Source: a virus (taxonomy: Duplodnaviria > Caudoviricetes). Taken from it: 58,299 bases of DNA. Shown here piece after piece: positions 18,706 to 26,435 of this stretch. Each line of letters opens with the position of its first letter. The first letter of the stretch is position 1. The DNA lies in the IMG/VR virus record IMGVR_UViG_3300020060_000002, positions 1 to 58,299 of that record; one strand, given 5' to 3'. The translations under genes were made by a program, and so were the position numbers. The notes under the pieces were generated by a model. That model was given only the letters and a program-made list of their open reading frames with translations. It was not told where the DNA came from and did not search any database.

Positions 18706-18893
18706 GCAGGTCAGGGCATGTGACCCCCAGTTGATCTCAAGTCTCAGCCGTCCTCACATCTGCGCGCGTTACGCGCGGACACGCGACTATGCGACTGGGC
18801 GGGCACGAGTGCGCACAGGTACGCATGTGACATGCGAGCGCCCGTGCGTCACGTGATGCGCGTGTGACGCACGGGCGTGTGTGCCGGCGCGAG

Positions 18894-20759
18894 CTACGAG
18901 GTGCGGACCGGCTCGATGCTGGCGCCATCGCCGTAGTGCCAGACACCATTGCGGCTGTGCGCCCGACGCACCTCCTTGTGGGTGCTGAGCTTGCGATAGA
19001 CGGTCGCCCGGCTCGGCATCCCTGGCAGCTTGGCCAGTTCGTCCGCGGTGTGCGGCCCCTCGTCCTTGAGCACCTGGAGGATGGCGTCGAGCGGCTCCTC
19101 CCGCTCGACCGGCATGTCGATGACCATCGCACCGCTGGTCTCAGTGAGCGCGGCCCATGCGACCGGCTCGAGTGCGGGACGGCCGAGTTCCACCGCGGTG
19201 GTGATGATCTGGCGGCGGTCCTTGGGCGCGACGAAGAAGCCCTTCGCGATGGCCGGCGTGGTGTGTTCGTTGTCGCGCAGCAGGAACTGGCCGTTGCGGA
19301 GTCCAGCTGAGTTCCACCCCTGGCGGACCAGCTCGCCCCACAGGACCTTGCTGGCGTGCGGGTCCAGGCCCAGGCCCACCACCGCGCGCAGCTGGGCCTG
19401 GAACTCCTTGGACCCCACATCCTCCTTGGACCCGTTCTGCGCGAGCGGGAGGATGCGGACTCCACACTTGCGAGCCCGCTTGCCGATCCGGCCGATGAGG
19501 CGGACCACCTCCTTGTCGCCGGCTGCCACGAGGTCCGGGTACTCGTCGATGACCAGGACCACCCAGGGGCGGTCCGGACTCGGCTGGAACTCGTCGCCGG
19601 CATCGTCGGACTCCTCCTTGTCCAGGCCCAGCTGGCGCTCGCGGACCTCGATGACTGCGAGGATCCGCTCGAGAGTCCACTTCGCGGAGTCCAGGTCCGC
19701 CGCGAGCGGGAGTGCCAGGACCCGGCGCCACATGCCGAGGGTGGCGCCGCCGGCCATGTCGATCCCGACGATGACCACGTCCCGGCAGGCGAGCAGCCAG
19801 ATCAGCAGCGACTCGAGCCAGACCGACTTGCCTGAGCCGGTCTGGCCCACGATCAGCGTGTGCTGGAGCGTGTATTTCAGCTCGGTGGCGTCGGCGAGCA
19901 TCCCCATGACGAACTTGAAATTGAGGGCGCGCAGGGTCGTTGATGCAGGTCGGGGCATCGGGTGGGCGATCTTGCCCTTCCACGGGTCCTTGGGCAGGAA
20001 CGAGAACCACACGTGCCGGCCGGACTCCTCGTCCGCGCTGGCGAACACCGCGCCAGGTCGCAGGCCGTAGTAGCTGGCCAGGGCGTCAGTCGCACGCGTG
20101 ACCGCCGCCGGTGTCACGCCCTCAGCGAGTTTGATGCGCATCTTGGCGATGGCGCCTGCCGAGACGAGCTTGACCGGGTCGGACCCGGCGAGGGGTCGTA
20201 GCTCGATGGCTGGGGTCTCGCCCCGCTTGATCTTGCCCCAGCGACGTGCGTACCGGTCCGCCCGGCCGGCGATGCGGACTCGTCGATGCCACCACCAGAT
20301 GCCGCCGAGGACCAGCACGCCGAGCTGCCACAGGGCACCGGACAGGACCGAGGGTCCGGACCCGATGCGGACCGCGAGGTAGGTCCCGGTCCAGGCGAGT
20401 AGGACCGCGAGGTAGGTCCGCTCGGTCGGCCGGTCGAGGACTCCATTGGTCCCGCGGTCCAGTCCCTCGGGGACCACCAGCATCACCAGAGTCCGGACCC
20501 GGTCCCCGAGTCGCGGACCCAGGACCGCCAGGACCGCACCGAGGACCGGGAGCAGAAGTGCGGTCCACCACCAGCCGGACCAGTGCCAGCGGACCAGGAC
20601 CGCGGTGAGCCAGACCCCGCCACCAACCCACAGTGGGGTGAGGACCCGGCGCCAGCGCCAGGCGAGTCGGCGGGATCCACGCATACCCGCCCGGATGGCC
20701 GCGAAGATCAGCACCCCGAGCGCGACCTTGAATGCCGAGGTGGACTTCTGCTTGCTCAT
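18894..20759 (-). CDS. traB: FtsK/SpoIIIE-family conjugative DNA translocase (actinomycete TraB-like)
   Basis: N-terminal TM helices; HTLIVGQTGSGKS Walker A; VLVIDE Walker B; RARKCGV..AQ; C-terminal wHTH (PSRATVYRKL). Confidence 0.85.
   Translation of the reverse strand: MSKQKSTSAFKVALGVLIFAAIRAGMRGSRRLAWRWRRVLTPLWVGGGVWLTAVLVRWHWSGWWWTALLLPVLGAVLAVLGPRLGDRVRTLVMLVVPEGLDRGTNGVLDRPTERTYLAVLLAWTGTYLAVRIGSGPSVLSGALWQLGVLVLGGIWWWHRRVRIAGRADRYARRWGKIKRGETPAIELRPLAGSDPVKLVSAGAIAKMRIKLAEGVTPAAVTRATDALASYYGLRPGAVFASADEESGRHVWFSFLPKDPWKGKIAHPMPRPASTTLRALNFKFVMGMLADATELKYTLQHTLIVGQTGSGKSVWLESLLIWLLACRDVVIVGIDMAGGATLGMWRRVLALPLAADLDSAKWTLERILAVIEVRERQLGLDKEESDDAGDEFQPSPDRPWVVLVIDEYPDLVAAGDKEVVRLIGRIGKRARKCGVRILPLAQNGSKEDVGSKEFQAQLRAVVGLGLDPHASKVLWGELVRQGWNSAGLRNGQFLLRDNEHTTPAIAKGFFVAPKDRRQIITTAVELGRPALEPVAWAALTETSGAMVIDMPVEREEPLDAILQVLKDEGPHTADELAKLPGMPSRATVYRKLSTHKEVRRAHSRNGVWHYGDGASIEPVRTS
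20300..20650. repeat. Dense GGACC/GGTCC repeat array within traB (clt-like)
   Basis: More than 20 copies counted by eye in about 350 nt, both orientations. Confidence 0.6.
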
Positions 20760-21499
20760 GCCGACTCCTCCGTCTCGTCCGCGGTCTCACCCTTGACGAC
20801 TCGCAGGATCTTGAGCGCCCGGTTGGACCCGATCCCCAGCTCCCGCATGACCAGCCGCTTGCCGATCTCGGCACCGGTCGTTTCGAGCAGTGCGCGAACG
20901 TCCTCGATCAGCTCGTCATCGGTGCGTCCGCCACGCGGCGCCCGGGTTGTAGGCGTCGCCGTGACGCTTCTCGGCGCGGCCGGCTCGGCTACCTCTCGCG
21001 GTACCGGCGTCAGCTTGGTAACGGTCGACACCGGCGTGTCGGTCCGGGTCGCCTGAACCTTCTTCGGAGCCCTGCGCGCGGCCCGCTTGTTCTCTCGCTC
21101 CAGCTGGGCGGCCGCACGCTCCTCGTTCCCGCGGGCGTTGCTGTGCGTCACGCCGAGGACCGCCGCGAGGGCGATCGGCGGGATGGCGCCGAGGCCCATC
21201 GCGAGCGGGTCGGCGGACCGGACCGCCCAGTCCAGGATGTTGCCGGCCAGGGACACGGTGATGGCCGCGAGGGCGAGAACCCGGCCCAGCTTCCACGCTG
21301 GCGCCCGGGTCATCCAGATGTCCATACCGAGCGCGGCGACCGCGTCGATGCAGAGCGGGAACATCCAGCTGAGCGGGCCGAACCCGACGTGCTCGGCGAG
21401 GTTGCTCAGGGCATCGAAGGACCACACCGCGGCCACGGCGATGACCAGGGTGGCGAGGAGCCGCCGGAACAGGAGCCGACTGTTGCCGCGGATCTTCAC
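20756..21499 (-). CDS. DUF2637/Spd-like membrane protein with C-terminal HTH
   Basis: WSFDALSNLAEHVGF...WMFPLCID...SLAGN...AIPP; terminal ELGIGSNRALKIL. Confidence 0.7.
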   Translation of the reverse strand: MKIRGNSRLLFRRLLATLVIAVAAVWSFDALSNLAEHVGFGPLSWMFPLCIDAVAALGMDIWMTRAPAWKLGRVLALAAITVSLAGNILDWAVRSADPLAMGLGAIPPIALAAVLGVTHSNARGNEERAAAQLERENKRAARRAPKKVQATRTDTPVSTVTKLTPVPREVAEPAAPRSVTATPTTRAPRGGRTDDELIEDVRALLETTGAEIGKRLVMRELGIGSNRALKILRVVKGETADETEESA

Positions 21500-21675
21500 G
21501 GCCGCTCCTCCCTGCTCCAGGCGCGGTGGCCGTCGCGACGCTCTCGTGCGTCCCGGAAGGGCAGCCACACCACGTAGCCGATGAACAGGAATGCGGCCGG
21601 CACGGCGTTCCCGGTGGCCAGGAGCGCCAGCAGGGCGACGGCCGCCGCAAGCGCGACGATCGATCGAAGGGTCAT
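21496..21675 (-). CDS. Small membrane protein, first gene of tra operon
   Basis: Leaderless ATG 7 nt after TAGACT (- strand); two hydrophobic segments; GTGA-coupled. Confidence 0.6.
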   Translation of the reverse strand: MTLRSIVALAAAVALLALLATGNAVPAAFLFIGYVVWLPFRDARERRDGHRAWSREERP

Positions 21676-21723
21676 GGGGGATAGTCTAGGTCGGGCGTGC
21701 CCGAGATGGAATGAGACTCCCCC

Positions 21724-21752
21724 TTGTCTCCCCCCGACTTGGTGGGTAACAT
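21724..21752 (+). promoter_or_regulatory. Conserved palindromic operator-promoter, copy 4 (divergent from tra operon)
   Basis: TTGTCT-17nt-TAACAT. Confidence 0.8.
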
Positions 21753-21792
21753 GCTTCTGGAAGTGACAAATAGACCCGAGGAGGGGAACCGC

Positions 21793-22008
21793 GTGGCTGG
21801 CAGCGAGGGTGACGGCGAGGGCACGGTGTTCCTGGCCCATGCGTGGGTGCCCGACGAGCACCGCCGGGCCACCGTCGGTCCCTGGCACTGGTGGAACGTC
21901 TACACGGCTTACGACGTGGCCGAGATGCAGGCCGTCCGGCGGGCGCGTGGATGGTCCGGCGGTCGCGGCAAGTACGAGGTGCGCACGATCGCGGGAGGCG
22001 CGGACTAG
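21793..22008 (+). CDS. Hypothetical protein
   Basis: GAGGAGG RBS, GTG start. Confidence 0.55.
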   Translation: MAGSEGDGEGTVFLAHAWVPDEHRRATVGPWHWWNVYTAYDVAEMQAVRRARGWSGGRGKYEVRTIAGGAD

Positions 22009-22448
22009 TGGCCACGAGGCGCAAGGGCAAGAAGGGCAAGAAGGGCAAGGGGCGCATCCGGAAGTGGGTCGGTCGCTGGGCGTGGCGCAAGGTGCACACC
22101 TGGGCGACACGAACGCGAGCCCGCGCGCGCAGGGCGTTCCAGCCGCGGACCATCCACGCCAGCGCCAAGCAGCGCGTGTGGGAGCGCCAGTTCCCCAACC
22201 CACGCAGGCAGCCGTCGCTCGCCGAGACCATGGAGAAGCTCGACGAGTGGATGGAGGGGTACGAGGCCGTGTTCGCCAACGGCTGGCACGTCCCGTTCGA
22301 GATCGACACCTACCGGGCGGCGACGCTCCGGGAGGCCGCCTACGACGCCGCCGAGCTGGCGCACGGCACCGTGGCGCGGTCATTGCAGATCATCGAAATC
22401 CGACCTGTGAACGAACTCGCCGAGCAGGCGCTACGGAGGTTCCAGTGA
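22008..22448 (+). CDS. Hypothetical protein with highly basic N-terminus
   Basis: GGAGG RBS; KGKKGKKGK repeat. Confidence 0.6.
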   Translation: MATRRKGKKGKKGKGRIRKWVGRWAWRKVHTWATRTRARARRAFQPRTIHASAKQRVWERQFPNPRRQPSLAETMEKLDEWMEGYEAVFANGWHVPFEIDTYRAATLREAAYDAAELAHGTVARSLQIIEIRPVNELAEQALRRFQ

Positions 22449-22633
22449 GCAAGATCGAGACTGTCGAGTTCGACACGCCTCCCACCGTCGATGAGCTGGC
22501 GATGGCGCTCGAGCTGCTGCGCAAGCGTGCCGGCGGGGACGCGGTGGTCCGGGTGTCAGGGGTCATCGAGTTCAACACCAGGTACGGCCCACGCATCAGG
22601 ACCATTCGAGCCGAACGCAACGAGGGGAACTGA
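22445..22633 (+). CDS. Hypothetical protein
   Basis: GTGA-coupled. Confidence 0.55.
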   Translation: MSKIETVEFDTPPTVDELAMALELLRKRAGGDAVVRVSGVIEFNTRYGPRIRTIRAERNEGN

Positions 22634-22635
22634 CC

Positions 22636-23014
22636 ATGAGCACCATCCCACGGTGGTACGTCCGCGAGGACACCATCGCCGGCCCGCTGTACTTCTACCC
22701 CGTTCCCGCGGTGACCGAGACCGACGGATTCAGTGAGCGTCTCCTGCAAGATTCCGTGGGATGTGCCGCGCGAGTGGGTAGAGGCCAAGGGGCGTGGCCG
22801 CCAGACGCGCCAGACGAACCGGGAGCGCCGGGACAAGGCGCTGTTCGGGATGTCCTGGCGTGCCTCGGTCACGGTCGACGACCGGATGGCCGGCGCAACC
22901 AAGGCCGAGGCGGTGCTCAACATGCTCGCCCAGGTGGAGCAACACGTGGACACGCTGGTCCCGCCGCACACCCAGGTCTGTGGCAACTGCTCGGGCCACG
23001 GCTACATCGCATGA
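22636..23014 (+). pseudogene. Hypothetical gene apparently split by a +1 frameshift near 22730
   Basis: Protein-like frame switches from the 22636 frame to the 22733 frame; ends CGNCSGHG. Confidence 0.35.
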
Positions 23015-23220
23015 CTCCCGTCCCGGGTCGTCCTGTCGAAATCGTGCGTAACCTGCACGCTTGCGCGAAGTGTCAGCACTTCGCTTGCGTGTGCGAGATT
23101 GTGCGCCAGCGCCAGTCCGAGTGCTCGTTCCGGGTGGCGGCGGCTGGGTCAGTCGGGATCGAGTGCGAGCACGGCCGGTCGGTGTGTCCACGGTGCGATC
23201 CCTGCACCTGCTCGCGTTGA
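23011..23220 (+). CDS. Cys-rich hypothetical protein
   Basis: ATGA-coupled; many Cys. Confidence 0.5.
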   Translation: MTPVPGRPVEIVRNLHACAKCQHFACVCEIVRQRQSECSFRVAAAGSVGIECEHGRSVCPRCDPCTCSR

Positions 23221-23245
23221 TCGGAAGATCGGTACCCCACTGGAC

Positions 23246-23275
23246 TTGTGCCCCCCCTGTCCGGTGGGGTACATT
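23246..23275 (+). promoter_or_regulatory. Conserved palindromic operator-promoter, copy 5
   Basis: TTGTGC-18nt-TACATT; ATG at 23282. Confidence 0.85.
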
Positions 23276-23281
23276 CTGTTC

Positions 23282-23365
23282 ATGACGAACAGCGTAGTCA
23301 CCGGTCCCCTCGCCTGCACCGACGACGAGGCGTGCAGCGACCCGTATTGCGCTGGCCGTCCCTGA
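23282..23365 (+). CDS. 27-aa Cys-containing peptide (leaderless)
   Basis: ATG 36 nt after promoter start; MTNSVVTGPLACTDDEACSDPYCAGRP. Confidence 0.5.
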   Translation: MTNSVVTGPLACTDDEACSDPYCAGRP

Positions 23366-23402
23366 CTTCCCGCCACCACTGTCCTGAAAGGACACCGCCA
23401 CT

Positions 23403-24413
23403 ATGGCTGACTACTTCGATACCGGGTTCGCCGTCCGCCAGCCGAGCTGGCACCAGAAGGAGACCCTTCTGGACACGGCCCCGCGCACCTGGAAGGACGC
23501 CCGGCCGCTCGCCGGTCTCGACTGGGAGTACGTCACCGAGCCCATGTTCGCTCGGGGCATCGCCGGCATGAACGACGACGGCACGCCGAGCTACACCTAC
23601 CGCGAGGTCGAGCACTTCCAGGTGGTCAAGCGCGACGACACGAACGAGGTGCTGGCTGCCGGTCGCGACACCTACGAGGTGATCACGAACACCGAGCTAG
23701 GCGAGATCCTGCACGCGCTCACCGACAAGACCGAGCTGGAGTTCGAGACTGCCGGCAGTGTTCGCGGCGGGCGGTCGGTGTGGGCGCTGATCCGGCTCGG
23801 CGAGGACGTGCAGATTGGCAAGGACCCGAGTCCCACCCGCCCGTACATGGGCGTTGTCAACCACTGCGACAAGATCGGCGCGTGCCGGGCGTACGCCACC
23901 GACATCCGGATCGTGTGCTGGAACACGCTGTCCGCGGCCGACGCAGAGGCCGACCGCGACAACACGGTGGCCACCTTCCGCCACACGTCGAACTGGCGGG
24001 ACCACATCCAGACCGCGCGCGACGCGATCGTGGGCGCCAAGAGCGAGTTCCAGGCATGGGTGGACATCGCCGAGCACCTCCAAGGGCTGTCGGTCACCGA
24101 GGTGCAGGCCGAGGAGTTCGTCCGCGAGTTCATGCCCTTCCCCGGCCGGGTGGAAGGTCCGGACGCGCTGGTGACCAAGCGGGTGCGCGAGAACATCGAG
24201 GCCGCGCGCACGGACCTGCGTTACGTACTGCACGAGTCCAAGACCAGCGAGGGCATCCGCGGCTCGGGCTACTGGCTGGTTCAGGGCGCGGCCGAGTTCT
24301 TGGACCACCTGCGTCCGAAGAAGTCGCAGCAGTCATACGTCCAGCGCACGGTGATCGACACGAACAAGGGCAAGGCCCTTGCGGTCAGCAAGGTGCTGGA
24401 GCTGACCAAGTAG
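23403..24413 (+). CDS. DUF932/DUF945 (phage/plasmid-like TIGR03299-type) protein
   Basis: RQPSWH...AGLDW...FETAGSVRGGRSVW...IRIVCWNTL...FRHT. Confidence 0.8.
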   Translation: MADYFDTGFAVRQPSWHQKETLLDTAPRTWKDARPLAGLDWEYVTEPMFARGIAGMNDDGTPSYTYREVEHFQVVKRDDTNEVLAAGRDTYEVITNTELGEILHALTDKTELEFETAGSVRGGRSVWALIRLGEDVQIGKDPSPTRPYMGVVNHCDKIGACRAYATDIRIVCWNTLSAADAEADRDNTVATFRHTSNWRDHIQTARDAIVGAKSEFQAWVDIAEHLQGLSVTEVQAEEFVREFMPFPGRVEGPDALVTKRVRENIEAARTDLRYVLHESKTSEGIRGSGYWLVQGAAEFLDHLRPKKSQQSYVQRTVIDTNKGKALAVSKVLELTK

Positions 24414-24428
24414 CTCGCCTCCCGCGAG

Positions 24429-24464
24429 GTCGACCCCGCCACCAAACCGAGTGGTGGGGTCGAC
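24429..24464 (+). terminator. Terminator hairpin fused to promoter copy 6
   Basis: GTCGACCCCGCCAC-loop-GTGGTGGGGTCGAC then TTGT. Confidence 0.75.
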
Positions 24465-24494
24465 TTGTGCCCCCCTATATCAGGGTGGTACATT
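24465..24494 (+). promoter_or_regulatory. Conserved palindromic operator-promoter, copy 6
   Basis: TTGTGC-18nt-TACATT. Confidence 0.85.
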
Positions 24495-24500
24495 GACGGA

Positions 24501-24600
24501 ACAACAACACAGCGCGACCCCCAAAGGGCCGGTCCAGGGTTTCGAACCCCTGGCAGTCGAGAGACTGGCGGCGGTGCTCACATCCACCACGTCAAGGAGG
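24501..24600 (+). ncRNA. Candidate structured 5' leader (multi-stem junction)
   Basis: Three hairpins including CAGTC-GAGA-GACTG closed by AGCGC/GTGCT. Confidence 0.4.
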
Positions 24601-24605
24601 CCACC

Positions 24606-24995
24606 ATGGCCGGCACCTACATCTCCGTGCACGACGAGCAGGGTTGCCACTACGTCCAGACCCCGACGGGCGCGCTGCTCACCGACGACATCGGCGTTGT
24701 GCCCTACTACACGCAGGCCGATGCCGCCGAGGTCGCTGCCGCTCTCACCGAGGGTCGCCCCGTCCGGCCGCTCTCCTGGAAGCCGGCACCCGTGGCGGAC
24801 CCGCTGACCGTGCCCGTCCCGGCCGGTACGCGGGTGCTGTACTCCGGCTCGCTGGAGCAATACCGCGGCGTGACGTTCACGGCCGTCGACTGCTGGTGCA
24901 GCGACGACTGTGGCGGCTACGAGTTGGACGAGCCGAGCGACGGTAGTCACGCGCTGCTCGAGCACGTGCGGCGCCAGTCCATCGCTCTCGCGTAG
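24606..24995 (+). CDS. Hypothetical protein
   Basis: AAGGAGG RBS. Confidence 0.7.
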   Translation: MAGTYISVHDEQGCHYVQTPTGALLTDDIGVVPYYTQADAAEVAAALTEGRPVRPLSWKPAPVADPLTVPVPAGTRVLYSGSLEQYRGVTFTAVDCWCSDDCGGYELDEPSDGSHALLEHVRRQSIALA

Positions 24996-25109
24996 CCCAC
25001 GGACCCTCCCCGGGGTGGCGTGGCCCGGTCGTCCCGATGGCGACCGGGCTTCTGTCATCTGCCCGGTACTCTCCGTGGGTGACAACTCCCTGCGATGAGA
25101 GGATTACCC

Positions 25110-25298
25110 GTGTCTGACCGAGAGTGGACGAGGCGCACCGTCCGTGTGGCAACCCTGGTGGCCACACTGGCGCTCGCCATGCCGGCTGTCGCCGTGGCCG
25201 ACAACCACTGGAGCCCGGGCGACGGCAACGAGTGGCGCGGATGCCGCGACAGCGTCACCATCGAGTCCAGCTGCATCCAGGACAACAAGGACTGGTGA
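25110..25298 (+). CDS. Small secreted peptide
   Basis: GAGGA RBS; basic n-region, hydrophobic h-region, AVA cleavage motif; flanked by terminators. Confidence 0.55.
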   Translation: MSDREWTRRTVRVATLVATLALAMPAVAVADNHWSPGDGNEWRGCRDSVTIESSCIQDNKDW

Positions 25299-25304
25299 CG
25301 TAAC

Positions 25305-25346
25305 GAGGGAGCCCTGCCACTACCCGTATGGTGGCAGGGCTCCCTC
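25305..25346 (+). terminator. Terminator hairpin fused to promoter copy 7
   Basis: GAGGGAGCCCTGCCAC-loop-GTGGCAGGGCTCCCTC then TTGT. Confidence 0.8.
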
Positions 25347-25376
25347 TTGTCACCCCCCATTCCGGTAGGGTACATT
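25347..25376 (+). promoter_or_regulatory. Conserved palindromic operator-promoter, copy 7
   Basis: TTGTCA-18nt-TACATT. Confidence 0.8.
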
Positions 25377-25415
25377 CTCCTTGTCACAAACAAACCCGCC
25401 ACGCAGGAGAACACC

Positions 25416-25628
25416 ATGACCGCCACGTTCCGAGACATCCGTCGGCACGCGGAGCTACTGCGCTCCGACAGTCCGCTCGTCGTCCGGCTCGCTGGACTGC
25501 ACGCGCCGGACGTGAAGTCGGGACGACAGCCGGTCTGCACCGGGTGCTGGCGCCAGGGCGACCGGCGGGACGCGGAATCGTGGCCGTGCCGCACCTGGAC
25601 CCTGCTCGACGAGGAGGTCGACCAGTGA
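25416..25628 (+). CDS. Hypothetical protein (CxxC...WPC)
   Basis: AGGAG RBS. Confidence 0.65.
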   Translation: MTATFRDIRRHAELLRSDSPLVVRLAGLHAPDVKSGRQPVCTGCWRQGDRRDAESWPCRTWTLLDEEVDQ

Positions 25629-25957
25629 CCGCCGGCAACGAGTACCTCATGCACGAGGCCGGGCTCAGCTGGCGGTTCGTCGATGGCGACCGGGATCTCA
25701 CCGGCACGCCCGACGCCGAGCGCGACGCCAGCCAGGCACTACTGCTCACCGAGGACGCCGCGGTCCTGCTCGAGTTGTACCGCCCGGCCGTCGAGCAGCT
25801 GTGGCAGCCGACCAGCTCCGAATGCCTCTCGCCCGAGGCGATGCACAACCTCCAGGCGGTGCTCCAGCTCGACGACTTGGACATCGGCGCGCTGCTGGAC
25901 ATGGAGGCCGAGTACACCGACTTGCCGGACGCGACCCGCTGGACGGCACCCGAGTAA
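25625..25957 (+). CDS. Hypothetical protein
   Basis: GTGA-coupled. Confidence 0.6.
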   Translation: MTAGNEYLMHEAGLSWRFVDGDRDLTGTPDAERDASQALLLTEDAAVLLELYRPAVEQLWQPTSSECLSPEAMHNLQAVLQLDDLDIGALLDMEAEYTDLPDATRWTAPE

Positions 25958-25982
25958 TCGCGAACAAGAAGGGGCAGTACCC

Positions 25983-26216
25983 ATGACCGACCTGACCAAG
26001 TTGACCGAGGCCATCGAGCTTGTTGTGGCCGACACCCGCACGGAGAACGGGGACCCGAACTTGTCCGAGCGGGAGGCCGTCATCTCGGCGCGCACGCTCG
26101 AGCGTGACGACGTGTCGGGCGCGGGGGCGGTCCTGATCGACGCCTACATGACGGTGCTCGACGCCAACTTCGCAGACATCGACGCCGCGCTGCTCCAGCG
26201 CGAGGCCGTGCAGTAG
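25983..26216 (+). CDS. Hypothetical protein
   Basis: Purine-rich RBS, codon bias. Confidence 0.6.
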   Translation: MTDLTKLTEAIELVVADTRTENGDPNLSEREAVISARTLERDDVSGAGAVLIDAYMTVLDANFADIDAALLQREAVQ

Positions 26217-26248
26217 GGCACATTTCCGGGACGGGGGGCGACAGCTAC

Positions 26249-26278
26249 TTGTCGCCCCCCGTCCTCATGGGGTACATT
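26249..26278 (+). promoter_or_regulatory. Conserved palindromic operator-promoter, copy 8
   Basis: TTGTCG-18nt-TACATT; overlaps inverted repeat 26229-26264. Confidence 0.8.
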
Positions 26279-26315
26279 CCATCCATCACGAACAAGACCA
26301 CCACCAGGAGCGCAA

Positions 26316-26435
26316 GTGATCGAGTGGATGTACTACACCGGGCTTGACGCGATCCAGCCAGTCCTCTTCATGTACCTGGCGCTCATCGTCTGCGCGCTCG
26401 TCGGCGACGAGCGCTACCGGAGGTCGCTGCGATGA
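26316..26435 (+). CDS. 39-aa membrane peptide
   Basis: AGGAG RBS; one TM segment. Confidence 0.5.
   Translation: MIEWMYYTGLDAIQPVLFMYLALIVCALVGDERYRRSLR

Noticed and set aside
22021-22051. 9-bp tandem repeat GCAAGAAGG as a phase-variation tract
   Set aside because: It is in-frame (KGK repeats), so copy-number change would not switch expression.
24534-24553. TTCGAA hairpin as the T-arm of a tRNA gene
   Set aside because: No proper acceptor stem, D-arm, 7-nt anticodon loop or CCA in the expected order.
24563-24600. GACTGGCG...GGTG...CACC resembling a ZTP (pfl) riboswitch
   Set aside because: Lacks the GGGGAGC strand and the downstream CGCCTGGGC pseudoknot hairpin.
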